Shown one piece after another: positions 27,270 through 39,378 of a stretch of 64,000 bases of DNA. Source of the stretch: the human T2T-CHM13v2.0 reference genome, Homo sapiens. The notes beneath the pieces were generated by a model. It ran no database searches, was not told the DNA's origin, and saw only the letters and a program-made list of their open reading frames with translations. Position numbers and translations under genes: made by a program. Each line of letters starts with the position of its first letter. Position 1 is the first letter of the stretch. Location of the stretch: the NCBI RefSeq assembly GCF_009914755.1, contig NC_060926.1. One strand, given 5' to 3'.

Positions 27270-28634
27270 TGCACACAGTCTGAGACTCAGAGACATGACT
27301 AACACATTCTAGGCCATCCCATTTGTTTTTTTCATAAACTGGATGTAGAACCCAGGACTTCTTACTCCAAATCTAATGTTCTTCCCTTTGCCTATCCTGA
27401 TTTAAAGAAAAAATGTTCTATAAAAAAGTTGCTCAGATATGCAGAATTACCTGCTAGAAGTTTGAACCAGTACCACAGTAGAAACTCTGCTTTTTGCTTC
27501 ATTCTGTAGAACTTAGGGAGGCTGCTGTGCCCATCCCTGGGAACTCTCAGGAGAGATGGGTGAATAATGGGGGCTTTGTCATAGGAGCACCCTGAAATCT
27601 TCCCCCAGTGTGAGTGGTGTCAATGTTTTCATTATTTTTGACTGTGGTTTGTAACTTGTCATAAGAATTAGTTCTGGCTTAATTGAGGGCCTCATGTTGG
27701 GGTGAGAGAAGGAAGTGTTGTGGCCTCTCAAAATGCCTTTTATAGGATCCTGACACTCTAGGGCTTGGCAGATACAGCTGGGAGCAGTAGCACGTGGGAA
27801 GGGGATGATCCCCCAAGCGTTCGCGGTCCAGCCCCCTCTTGGTTTCTGACTTGGAGATTGCTTAAAGGTCTCTTGGGGAGTAGAAACAGTTGTTTGTTCC
27901 CCCTTCTTTTCTTTACCTCTTAAAAAAAAGTCTTTATTCTGGGATTGTACTGCTTGAAAGGAAGAAGGCCTCTGGGCAGCATGTGATATGTTTCTTCCCC
28001 AATTCCCTTGGAAAAAGGTATTCAGTCCTCGGGTGAATTCTAAGCTCTGCTTTGGACCTTTCAAGTCTTCTTGATCAAATCATGCTAATCTTATGTCCAT
28101 TCTTTCTTCTCTACGCTAATCAGATGCACTAATTCATACTGAACTGTTAGTAGGTTAAAGTGTGATGCTATGTCAATACGCTAAAAATATCCTTACATTT
28201 TTCCAGGGACTTTTATTGTCTCAATGTAAAGCTTTCTCCAACCAAGCCATGGAATCCTCCCTTTCCTCTGATTCCCTGGGCAGATTCTCAAACTTTAGTG
28301 AGCAGCAGAGCAGCCTTGGCAGATTGCTAGGCCTGCCCCAGAGACACTAGCCCAAACATAGGTGAAGCCGTTGAAGCATGCCACGGTATCACATGAGAAG
28401 TAAGCAGTGAACTATGCAGATCTTTCTCAATACCCCTCCCACCATGCCTGGAAATCTCCCTATTAATGCCTTCAAAAAATGTGCACTTCATACTTGCTAT
28501 GTGGAAGGCTGTAGGCTTGGGGCCAGGAGCCAATCCTGTACTCTAGTGGAGGAATCAGCACACACATTTACAACACACTCTAATAATTACCAATAGGAGG
28601 CAGCTGAGAAGGGAAGTGCGAAGAAGAACCCTAG

Positions 28635-28732
28635 GGCGGTGTTACTCTAAGTGTAGTTCCTGCACTGACAGCAGCAGCATTACCTAGAAGCTAGTTAGAA
28701 ATGCAAATTCTTAGGTCCCACCCCAGAGCCTT
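28635..28732. mobile_element. MER5A fragment
   Basis: CAGCAGCATTACCTAGAAGCTAGTTAGAAATGCAAATTCTTAGGTCCCACCCCAGA. Confidence 0.8.
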
Positions 28733-28849
28733 TTGCCTGTGGAAGTCAGGTTAACCTGTGAACACCCTCCATCCTTTGCTTATACCTCAGGTTGCCCCTT
28801 TCTGTCTTGGGCACTGACAGGTCACAGCTTGCTGGTGATGACATAAAGA

Positions 28850-29235
28850 GAAAATGAATGACCTGTAATTCTGTCATCCAGAGATAACCGCTCTCACTAT
28901 TTAGTGTATACCTTTTCAGATTTATTTCCATGCAATGTAGGTATACATAATGAAAAACAACAGAGAAACAAAATTCTATTATATCACAATACTGCTTTTT
29001 GAATTTCTTTTTACCGCAATTAACACTACGGCGGACTATCTTTCCATGTAAGTAAAGTTATGTTTGCCACCTTAATTTTAATAACAGCATGGTATTTCCT
29101 TGTATGGACATATTATAAATCACTTAGCTATTCCCTATGGTACAAGTCTTTCCACATTTTTAGAATCTCTAAACAACTTTCAGAAGAATATCCATGCACA
29201 TACATCTTTGTGCATATTTGAAATAATTCCATTAA
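28850..29235 (-). mobile_element. Ancient L1ME 3' fragment
   Basis: CATCCAGAGATAACC...ATACTGCTTTT...GCATGGTATTTCCTTGTATGGA degenerate antisense L1ME. Confidence 0.55.
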
Positions 29236-29369
29236 AATTAAGTAGGTTCTTTTCTGTAATGTGTACTTCAGATGTAATTTGCAGAACATTTGTGTCAGAG
29301 AGACTCATTTAAGAGATGAAGACTTCCCGTTTAATAAGTACTATTAATCACGATGCCAGTCATCCATTT

Positions 29370-30820
29370 TATAATCAAAAGTACACGAAGATAGAACAAA
29401 TTGTGCTGAAGTATTTTTATTTTACATAATTAATGGACTTAAGGCCATTGGTAAAGGACCTTGTCAGTTATCATGGGACAAATACACTCCAGCAAATGTA
29501 AGCAGTGAGATAAGACTCTAATGTATGTTTTTCAGTTTGCTGCTTGCTGAAATGCATCTTGAATTTTTGGAAACAAAAGTGAGTTTCTAAAATAAGTGGA
29601 AGATCTGCTTATACAACTCTGATTTTAAAATAAGTCTATACACAGTATCAGCAGATTGATTAAGAAGTCTGCTGGTGGTGATATTAAAAAGTTTGGCAGA
29701 TTTTCAATTCAGATTGACACTATTCAAGACAGAGGCATAGCTGATGTTTATTCAAGAATCCTAAGACATATCACAGATTCAGTGGAGAACATCTGATATC
29801 TATAGAGAGCTTGAAGTAAAGTCCTGGGAAAAATATGTTCCAGACGGTTACAGATGTTCTCATATCAAATCATATTTCTATGAAAAGTTATGTAGCATGT
29901 TCAACTGATGGCACAGCCAATGTGAAGGAACAATTTAAGGTTTTCTTCCTGTTAAAAAATAATTGATTCTATCAACTTTATGGGTAGTGTTAGTCACATA
30001 TTTTGAGTGTTGCAATGGTAGATTTAGAAGATGTCTGAACCTCCAGTTAATCCCACAAAAATTTGAGTCTGTGGTATCCACTTAGAACAATATGCATGCT
30101 GCAAGCCGTGTAGAAACTCCCTGAATCTTAACTGAATGTTTTACCAAATTAAGCACATTTCGTAAGTCCTCAGGTATCACATCACACCAGTGCATACATG
30201 ATTGTTTCAGATGTTGGTTCTGAGGCATTAGACATGGTGGAAGGCTACAAAGAGTGCCCTGAAAAGGATTAAAAGGGCTTTGTCATTCCCTTGTGGGAAC
30301 TAATGGAAACTCAGGAGAACATATTCCCACATTGGAGATTTTGGTGTAAACACCAGACCAATGACAAAGACATCCAAAGAATTATCACGGAGGCTCCTTT
30401 TTAGATTAACTTGTCTGCAGAAAAATTTGACCTGGAAATGCCACAGTTCAGAATATGGATACTGAAACCATCAAAATGAGATGAAGTCAAGAAGACAGAA
30501 AAGGTTTAAGTATTTTATGAGTAAGAGGGGCTCTTAAAGGCAGATGTGAACTATTGATAATACTCTAGAAGGTTCTTCACCTCAACTGTGTTTGTATGTG
30601 ATTTAAGGATGATTTGAGAAAATAAGTTGCCATTCAATGATATTTTCAGGGTATTTACAGAATCTCAGTGTAGTTACCCACCTGCCTTATGTTTTGCTGA
30701 AGCAAACATCTTTTTAAGAAGTATTCCTAATCTGCTGAAATAATTTCTACTGAGATCTAAAACATCCACTTTGCAAAGCAGAGCTCAATTTGACACTGAG
30801 AAATTTAAGGAATTATCCAA
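29370..30820 (+). pseudogene. Fossil hAT-Tip100 (ZMYM1/Zaphod-like) transposase gene
   Basis: Collinear motifs: IINGLKAIGK..SYHG (from 29426); FSIQIDTIQD...ILRHITD (29701); ACSTDGTANV (29895); *C*SHILSVAMVD (29985); TWWKATKSALKRI (~30232); many stops and frameshifts. Confidence 0.8.
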
Positions 30821-30951
30821 GTTTGCTGTGGCTTAGGCTATGATAAATTGATGTGTTTACCCTGTGACTGTGCTGGTGAATGTACAGTGATTTAAGGAGC
30901 CAGGAAAGGGAGACAAGGAGGTGGCCTTAGTGCTAAAATTAACCCTGGTGC

Positions 30952-31045
30952 TAGGGTGATCAACCATCCAGGTTTGCATGGGATTGGGGGTGGAGGGTTT
31001 CCTAGGATGCACAACTTCCAGTGCTAGAAACAGGTCAGTGCAACA
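30952..31045. mobile_element. MER81-like hAT-Blackjack MITE
   Basis: TAGGGTGATCAACCATCCAGGTTTGC...GGGTTTCCTAGGATGC...CAGTGCTAGAAACAGG. Confidence 0.75.
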
Positions 31046-31248
31046 ATAATCGCTCTGTGGGTCATCAAGACTGTGACTTTGTGGGAATGGACCCACCTCT
31101 CTGTTTCTTTTAATACCTGTTTCCCCTTCTAAAATGCCACTGAGACCCATTTAAACATAACTTCATCTGGATATCACCGTGGGAGGCAGGTACATGCATG
31201 TGTCTGCACACAAAAAACATGCCCACCTCTCTCTCTCTCTGTCTTTGA

Positions 31249-31664
<416 letters not shown>

Positions 31665-31689
31665 GAGTTTGTCTTATATTAAGAAAAAT

Positions 31690-33530
31690 AAAACACGCTG
31701 ACAAACAGTTACATCAGCAGAAAGAATGTGATAAATGCCCTAAGAAAGATGCCAACAAAGTGCTATAGGAGTTCATAGTCATTAGGGTTTTCATTTATTT
31801 AGTTCACAGGTGGGTGGTATTTGTATTGAGTCTTGAAGAGGGTGGCGATGGGCAAAGATTAGGGAAAGCAGGTTTCTGGGGCATCAAATTGCTTAAGATT
31901 TGGGGGGGGGTCCCTGCTCTCAAATCACTTACGTTCTAAGTGGGAGATGGAACAGTGAACAGTAGAGCCATGGGAGGTCAGGGAAAGGAAAACATTGATC
32001 TGTGTCAGGTAGAGAGGAAAGATGTAGTGGTGGGTGGTGCTGTGAAAAAGGACTAGGTTTTTAGTGAGCAGAGGCAAGCTGGGGGACACCCAGGTAGAGT
32101 CTTGGAATGTAAGCAGAAGGCCAGAGGAAGGAGTAAGCACCGCCATATTTTCTGACACCAGGAGGTGCCTGGGGCATGGTACGTGTGTCTGGGAGTGTGG
32201 GAAGAGTTGGGCTAAGAGGATGGCCCAGATGACTGAGCTCTAGAAGGCCACAGTGGTAGTATGGGAGCTTGGCTTTAAAGAAATGAAGCCAATTGGAAAT
32301 TGTAAAGACTTCTTTGGGACGGTTGGGATGACTTGTTAAAAGTACTTGCTTAGAGATTCTTCTGTCAGTTGTGCACAAGATGGCTCAAAATGTGGGAGGG
32401 GGAGAACCTTCTTCAAAGGTTCTTTCAACAATCCCAGAATAAGTAAGTGAGCATGCACTGGGTGTGGGGTTCATCTGGATGGAGAGGCAGGAGGAAATGT
32501 GGTAGACATTTTGAAGGAGGATGTGACAAGTGGATTTATGGACAAATTGAGTCAAGGGGATGAAAGAAGAGTCAATTTACTTATCTTTAAAGTAAAGGTT
32601 TTTCAAGATGATCTGTAACATTCCTTTCTGTACTGGGAATTCATAACTTCCAGGTTTCTAGACTTAGGTACTGGAAAAATGCCAATACTTTACTTCCTAC
32701 CTCTTTTCCATCACTTAAACCCTTTTATTCAGTACCAGATATTGTAGGGAGTAAGGATGTAGACCTGTCTATGGAACACTTTTCAGTTTAGGAGGAGCTA
32801 TGGACATTTAAACATATAACTGTAATTTGGTATGATGGGTACTATTGTGGAGTTATAGTCAAAGGACTAGGAGAAAACCAAGGAAGGAAGCACAACCAAC
32901 TCTGCCTGGAAAAGTGGAGACGAGTTGACAGGGGTGATTAAGGGTTTGTTAGGCTATATATGGGGGTCGGGGGCAAAGAAAAAACATAATGGGAGAAGCA
33001 TGAATGAGACTGATGTGCAGGACCCTACTGGTGACTTGTCTGGCTGGAACCTAGGGTGGATTGAAGTGAGAGAGGAAGGGAGGAGGGAAATGGGAGATTT
33101 GTTAGCAGAGTTAGATTGTGGTCAAATGAAAGAGGACCTCATTCCATGACAGGAATTTGGACCTCATCTTCTTGCTGATTATGAGTTAGTAGAGATCTTT
33201 AAGGACAGTAGTAAATGATCCAACTTGTGTCTTAGGAATTAACTCTGATGACCCTGAAGAGGGTGGACTACAATGGGAAGAGGTTGGAGACAAGGAGGCC
33301 AATAAGAGATTATTAGAATTCAGGCAAAAGACAATGCATAAATGGGTTACTTGGGAAGGTATTTGGGGAAAGTTGAGTTCAATTTTGAAACTATGTTTTA
33401 AGAGGTGGCAGGGCATTCATTTATAGATTCATTTTTTCCCTTGTGCTCAAATCTTTATTAACTTTGCCAGGTACTGAGGGTAAGAAGATAAATAGATCAC
33501 TACCGTGACCTCCTTCAGCTCATTTGCAGT
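31690..33530 (-). mobile_element. Cluster of degenerate L2 fragments
   Basis: Purine-rich antisense L2 tracts (GTGATAAATGCCC, AAGTGCTATAGGAGTTCA, AGGAATTTGGACCTCATC, GTTGAGTTCAATTTTG). Confidence 0.6.
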
Positions 33531-33733
33531 GATTCTCACTTTTTTTTCTGTGCCAACACTCTTAAGAGACTTGACACTCAATTTTGGGAGTAGGATGGCA
33601 GGGGATGAGAAGGGGATAGGAAAGGAGTAAGAATATGGAGGAGGGAGTATGTCCTTAATGGAGAAATAGCAGAATGTGGGGCGGCATGATGTGCAGATAT
33701 CCCCCTTCCCCAGGGGGATGAAACACCTGCGCC

Positions 33734-34240
33734 TGTTTCATTTAGGAGACTTTCAGCTTTCAGTAATAGAATACCCTACTCAAAATGGCTTAATCAATAA
33801 TGGCACTTATTATGATATATAACAAGAAATTCATGGATGGCCATCTCAGTTGCTCAGTAATGTCACTGAGAAACCAGATTCCTTATGCCTTTCCAATCTG
33901 CCATCCTTAGCATGTTCCTCTCGGCCTATTTCCTCTCATGGTTATAAGACAGCTGCTGCAGTTCCAGGCATCACAGGCAGAGGTGACTATGTCTAGCAGA
34001 AGAAAGAGGCCTCTTTCTTCCTTGTGCATCTTTTTGTTTTCTTATGAGCAAAGAATCCTATCCCAGAATCCCCAGCAGACTTCTCATATCTCAGTAGCCA
34101 GAACTGGGTTGGAGGCCCACCCTTGAACCTATCACTGGCAAAAGAAAGGGGGAGGCAGGAAACACTGGAAACAAAATTATGGCTATTAGCAGAGAAGAAA
34201 GTGAAAATGGCTTTTGAGTAGGCAAACATTCCTTCTGCTG
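33734..34240 (-). mobile_element. MaLR solo LTR (MLT1K/L-like)
   Basis: CTCAAAATGGCTTAATCAATAA...TCTGCCATCCTTAGCATG...AGCTGCTGCAGTTCCAGGCATCACA. Confidence 0.75.
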
Positions 34241-34394
34241 AAATTTGCTGGATGTGGGAAAGAATTTCTTTGCATTTGGAAATAGAGCATTTGTTGCAGA
34301 TAAGCAGTTTGGGATTAGAGAGATAGATTTGAAATATACTGGAAAAGAGATAGAGTGTTTTTGTTTGTTTTTTAATTTTTTTAAAAAAAACTAA

Positions 34395-34545
34395 CCTGAC
34401 ATAAGTTTTGTGCTTCTTACATCTTAATTCATGGAACCTCATCAGGACACTGACAGTCAGGCCATTTTCACTGAGGAAAATGAAGCTCAGAGAGGTTGAG
34501 GAACTGGGGATGGTCACACAGTTAGTAGATGGCAAAGCTGGCAAT
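34395..34545 (-). mobile_element. MIR SINE
   Basis: CCATTTTCACTGAGGAAAATGAAGCTCAGAGAGGTTGAG...GGTCACACAGTTAGTAGATGGC. Confidence 0.8.
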
Positions 34546-34559
34546 GGATATGCTCACTT

Positions 34560-35350
34560 TCATCTAATTATGGAGAATTTTGAACATACACAGAAGTAGA
34601 CAGAATGGCATGATGAGTGTCCCATGTATCTGTACTTAGTTCCAATCAACAACAGCTCTTTGCTAATCTTCTAGTCACCCCCCTCCTCCCTTCCCTCGTT
34701 ATTATTTTGGAGCAAATTCCCCACCATTGTATCATTTCATCACTAATTATTTCAGCATGAATCTCTACAAGATAAGGTCTTTTTTCTTTTAAAGATAATG
34801 ACAACCATTATACCCAAAATATTTAACAACACTTTTTTAATATTAAATTTTTAGGTAGTGCTTAATTTTCAAATTATCTCATAAATATCATCTTTTTTTA
34901 CAGTTCATTTGAATTAAGATCCAAGTAAGTTCCACACATTGCAATTGATTAATAATGTTTTAATTCTCAATCTATAAATTCTTCCTCCATGTCTTCCTGT
35001 CTCTCTCTCTCTCTCCCTCTTTCTTTTATATAATTAATCTTTGGAAGAAATCAAATTATTTGACTGGAGAGTTTCTTACAGTCTGGATTTTGCTGGTTGT
35101 ATCCCCATGATGTAGTTTGACATATTCCTCTGTCCTCTATATTTCCTATAAATTGGAGTTGGAGTGACAGGTTTGGTCAGATTCAGGTTGAATTTTTTTG
35201 CAAGGATACTTCATAAGTGGTGCCATCTTCTTCCATTATGAGGTTCTCTTTCTCTTGGTGATGTAGCAGCCACTGATGCTCAATGCCTGGATCCCTTAAT
35301 TTACTAGAGGCTACACAATGGCGATTTCATCATCAATAGTTTCTTCTTTA
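34560..35350 (-). mobile_element. L1MC (L1MC4/5-like) 3' end
   Basis: AATTTTGAACATACACAGAAGTAGACAGAAT...CCACACATTGCAATTGATT...CAGTCTGGATTTTGCTGGTTGTATCCCC. Confidence 0.75.
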
Positions 35351-36332
35351 TGGATTTGCCAGAAGAGCTGAGATTTAAAAGCCTGTCTGACTCAAGAAGG
35401 TGCCACTGCTATTTGAGAGGAAGTGTCATGCCAGGGGTGGAAAGCAGGAGAAGGGAGGACAATTTCAAAGCAATTGAGACAGTACAGAAGTATACCCTGA
35501 AAAAGAAGGTTGTCTGGGTTGTTTATACCCACAAATTAGCTAGTCACAAACATATAACCTGGTTAGAATTGTGGAGTATCATACATCAATCACAGTGATC
35601 ATATCATGGCGTAACCCCAAAACACATGTTGATTATTTACATTTTAGTGTGCTGTGCTTGAATAATATTTTTCCCTTGAAATCTACAAGTCTCTCTGTCA
35701 GAGGGACAGAGAGAACACAAGTGATGATGTTTTAGTGTGCCTAAAGCATGATGAAATAATAGAAGGCATTGCACCACGAGCAGGACAGTTTGAAGTCAGT
35801 GAGCGTCTCCGGGTAATCCACGTAATTTATTTTGCAGTCACAAAATTACAAAGCACTCTAGCAGGCATTGTGAGCCTCATGAAGGAAATAGAAAACTCAC
35901 AAACCAAGGAGGGGATGGGGCCGATGAAATATACCTCAAGACAACAGTGGCAGAAACATAAATGGGTATAAACACCATCTGCTCTATTGTACCTCATGGC
36001 TAGAGCAGGGCTTTCAGAAGGGTAAGAACGAAAGAATTGAGGGAGGTTGGTAGAATTCTTGTAGGAATTGAGGCAGGTGTGGAAGCTGCCCAGACAGGAG
36101 AACCCGGAGCCTGTGTGAGGGAGGAGAAGGAACACCTGAGATAGTCTGGAGTTGGGATGCTCCTGAGGGTAACGTCAGAGAGGGAAGAAGCACCCACTCC
36201 ATCCATAGATGAAAACACATTTCTGAATTATATTTACAAAAATTATACTTCTGTGGAAGAGGAAAGGGGGTGTTTTTCCCCTCAGAATTACATAATGTTG
36301 AAATTATTGATTTGATTTCTCCATTAGATTTA

Positions 36333-36979
36333 CTGTCAATTCTTGTTATTCATGGTAGTTTTGTTCTATAAAGTCAGAAGAACACTGAAATAGCAAATAC
36401 TGAGCTATTGCTCCTAGGCAAAATATAGGGTTAGGTTTCTGCTAGCCTCTGGTCACAATTTTGTCAACTGATCAATACGTAACCTTGCTTTATGTGTGTT
36501 TCTGTTTAAAAACATTTAATATATATTGTTGATTCATTAACATTGAATGATGGTCAACAGAACTATAACTCATGCCTGAGTGAAACTTATCTGACACACT
36601 TCTGTTCTCTATAAGGCACCTCAGAGCCGTCCTGAACTTAGGAACACTGGGCAGAACTTCAGCCCTACCCTTGAGGGGCATTGTAAAGAGCAAAATCACT
36701 AACGAAAAGCACAAAAATGCAAAAAAAAAAAAAAAAAAAACCAAACTGTGGTACTAAATAGACTGCAAAAAGCACATTTGTTTACAATATGAGAGCTGAA
36801 ATAAGAAGGTAGAGCATTGTCTTGTTCAAACCTCAGCTGGGCATATGTGCGTGGGCCAGGTTAAATTTTTTGCTGTTCTGCCCATGTCTGCAAGTAACCT
36901 CAAGAGTGCCCACTTGGGGATTACAAATAAAGTTTAGTGAGTTGGTGGATTTGTAAATATGGAATCCATGAGACTCAAC
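36333..36979. mobile_element. MER82 (TcMar-Tigger) element, about full length
   Basis: CTGTCAATTCTTGTTATTCATGGTAGTT...TATGGAATCCATGAGACTCAAC; TA flanks; ~650 bp. Confidence 0.9.
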
Positions 36980-38533
36980 TATAATTTGAAAACCAGTATT
37001 GAAAGATAAACTCGGGTTGGAGGTGGGGTGGAGAATTGCAACAGGTTTTCTGGGCTTCTCCAGCACAATCAGGTTGTATCACTCAGCTAGGCGTCCAAAT
37101 CCTATTGATAAAGGCCTTTTTGTTGGAGAGGGAAGAAGAGGAAGAGAGGAGGTGTGGCCTTCAGAGAAGTAAGGAGAAACTGAAGGAGTTGTGTGAGGGC
37201 TTAGGAATCCAGGAAGTGGGGGCATAAGAGTAATGGAGGAAGTCTCTGGAATCAGGACAGCTGAGTACAAAAAGCTTGGACAGGGGAGAGCAGAAGGAGC
37301 AGGAGGAAGGAGACCACCATGAATGCTAGAACCACACTGTGATTTGGGTCAGTGTAGCGAAAGCTCAGTAAGTCAGATTGGTTTTTTGGCGTAGGGCCGC
37401 CGTACTTATCCTTTGCTTGGAGCTCTGTGACTGAGTTTTTTTACTTTTCAACCAATTGTGGTACCCCCTGTGGACTGCTGGAGAGGGAGGGACAGCCATG
37501 GGTTCTGGTTCCGCCTTTGCTGGCCACATTAGAGATGGCTTGGGTGGAAGCCTCATGCCACAGAGTTACTTGTGGATGATTTAAAGAAGGATGCAGAACT
37601 GTTTTTCACTCACAAAGAGAAAATTAATGCTAGAGATTTGATCCTTTAAGAGGTCTTTGAACTTGTAAACCCAGACACATATGTGTCAAGAATGGAAACT
37701 GGCAAAGACTGTATTCCATAGTTTGAACTTAATTGCATTTGGTATGTACTTGAAAAGATAAAATATCCCAAGACGTTTAACTTTAGAAAGTCATTCTGTT
37801 GTGCTGCACAGTAAGTCATTTTCACAAGGATCTGGCCGAGATATTCAGTATCAACATGCAGGAATGGTTTCAATATGTGGTAGGCCAATAAAAACAAAGT
37901 CACTCTGACCCACACTTTGCAGATCTAAGAAGGACAGAGGAGCAAGTAGTGATAATTCGTTCCAGTTTCAGGGAAATACTGTAACTCTGCAGCCACATGC
38001 CTCTGTCCTGCCCGCTGCGCTGTGTGTCTCTCAGGGAGGGGGGCTTAACGTCCCAATCTATGCTTCTCAGGTGGGCACTGCACATGACGTGGTTACGCAG
38101 GGAGGCCTGAAAGTGGGTCCTGTGGAGATAGGGAGTGTTGGTTTGATCTGAAATCATGGGACTCACAGAATTGGCCACTGGGTTTGGAAAACCCTCCGTA
38201 GGAGCAAGCCTCAGTGAGAGGAAATAGGACCGTCCCACTCCCCCTTGCTTTGCTGCTGGCTAGCACAGGCAGGAATGCTGCCCAGAGCCTTTGACCCACT
38301 TCCCTGCTTCTAGGACAGTCAGATCCAAGCAGTGGGGGGTCTGCTTACTCTTCCCCCTGGCCTTAATTCATCAGTGTTCCCTTTCTCCTCTCAGCCTGGG
38401 GTTGGAGGGGTGGTGGAAAAGAGGGTCTTTCCTTCCTGGTGTTAAAAAACGGATTTAAGCATATGTGTAGGGCAGGGGAGGGAGGAAGGAAGGGTGGGAC
38501 CTCTGGAATCATACCCATCGTACTCAAATAGTC

Positions 38534-38622
38534 CTCAAAGTTTTTGCTGTTCTGCTTATATCTGCAAATGACCTCAAGAGTGCCTGTTTGGGGATTTGTA
38601 AATATGGAATCCATAGTCTCCA
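38534..38622. repeat. Short second copy of the MER82 right-end segment
   Basis: TTTTTGCTGTTCTGC..TCTGCAA..ACCTCAAGAGTGCC..TTGGGGATT|TGTAAATATGGAATCCAT matches 36866-36978. Confidence 0.85.
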
Positions 38623-38633
38623 AAATGGAGACT

Positions 38634-38664
<31 letters not shown>

Positions 38665-38902
38665 GTAATTGACATGATCTTGCTGTGGGGTTGCTGTTTA
38701 TACAGAGTAACCCAAAAGAAGTTAAACTTGCCCGTTTAAATAAATTGATCTATTCTGGTTTGAAGCAATATTTTTCAGGCAAGCTCAGATTCTGTAGGCT
38801 TAAGCCTTTTCTCCTTCTCTCAACCCCTCTTCTCCTTCTCCCCGGGTGACATCTGGGCACAGGAAAAGGCTTACGTAACATTGTCATGGTTGGGGCAGGA
38901 TG

Positions 38903-38966
38903 TTTTCTTTCTTTCTTTCCTTCCTTCCTTCCTTCCTTCCTTCCTTCCTTCCTTCTTTCTTTTCTT

Positions 38967-39018
<52 letters not shown>

Positions 39019-39092
39019 TTCCTTCCTTCCTTCCTTCCTTCCTTCCTTCCTTCCTTCCTTCCTTCCTTTCTTTTCTTTTCTTTCTTTCTTTC
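38903..39092. repeat. (CTTC)n/(CTTT)n compound tetranucleotide STR
   Basis: ~190 bp pure pyrimidine. Confidence 0.97.
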
Positions 39093-39378
39093 ATCTTGAG
39101 ACAGAGTCTCACTCTGTCACCCAGGCTGGAGTGCGGTGGCACAATCTCAGCTCACTGCAACCTCCGCCTCCCTGGTTCAAAGGATCTCCTGCCTCGGCCA
39201 CCAGAGTAGCTGGGATTACAGGCATGTGCCACCATGCCCGACTAATTTTTGTGTTTTTAGTAGAGACAGGGTTTCAGCATGTTGGCCAGTCTGGTCTTGA
39301 ACCCCTGGCCTCAAATGATCTGCCTGCCTCGGCCTCCCAAAGTGCCAGGATTACAGGCATGAGCCACTGCACCCTGCG
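38909..39378 (-). mobile_element. AluS with tail converted to a (GAAG)n/(GAAA)n microsatellite
   Basis: Alu body ~39095-39378; 11-bp TSD GGATGTTTTCT at 38898-38908 and 39379-39389. Confidence 0.95.

Noticed and set aside
27579-28064. 161-aa ORF in unique DNA
   Set aside because: Non-ATG start, no recognisable domain or splice context; this length is expected by chance in 64 kb
29370-30820. Domesticated (functional) transposase gene or ZMYM1 retrocopy
   Set aside because: Numerous stops and frameshifts, including around CxxH; no zinc-finger exons, poly-A tail or TSD seen
33993-34544. 183-aa ORF
   Set aside because: Crosses MIR and MLT1 sequence; no coding features
38632-38695. (TTTA)n as the poly-A tail of the MER82-derived fragment
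   Set aside because: Wrong side and orientation; more likely the tail of a tiny antisense Alu/FLAM remnant to its right
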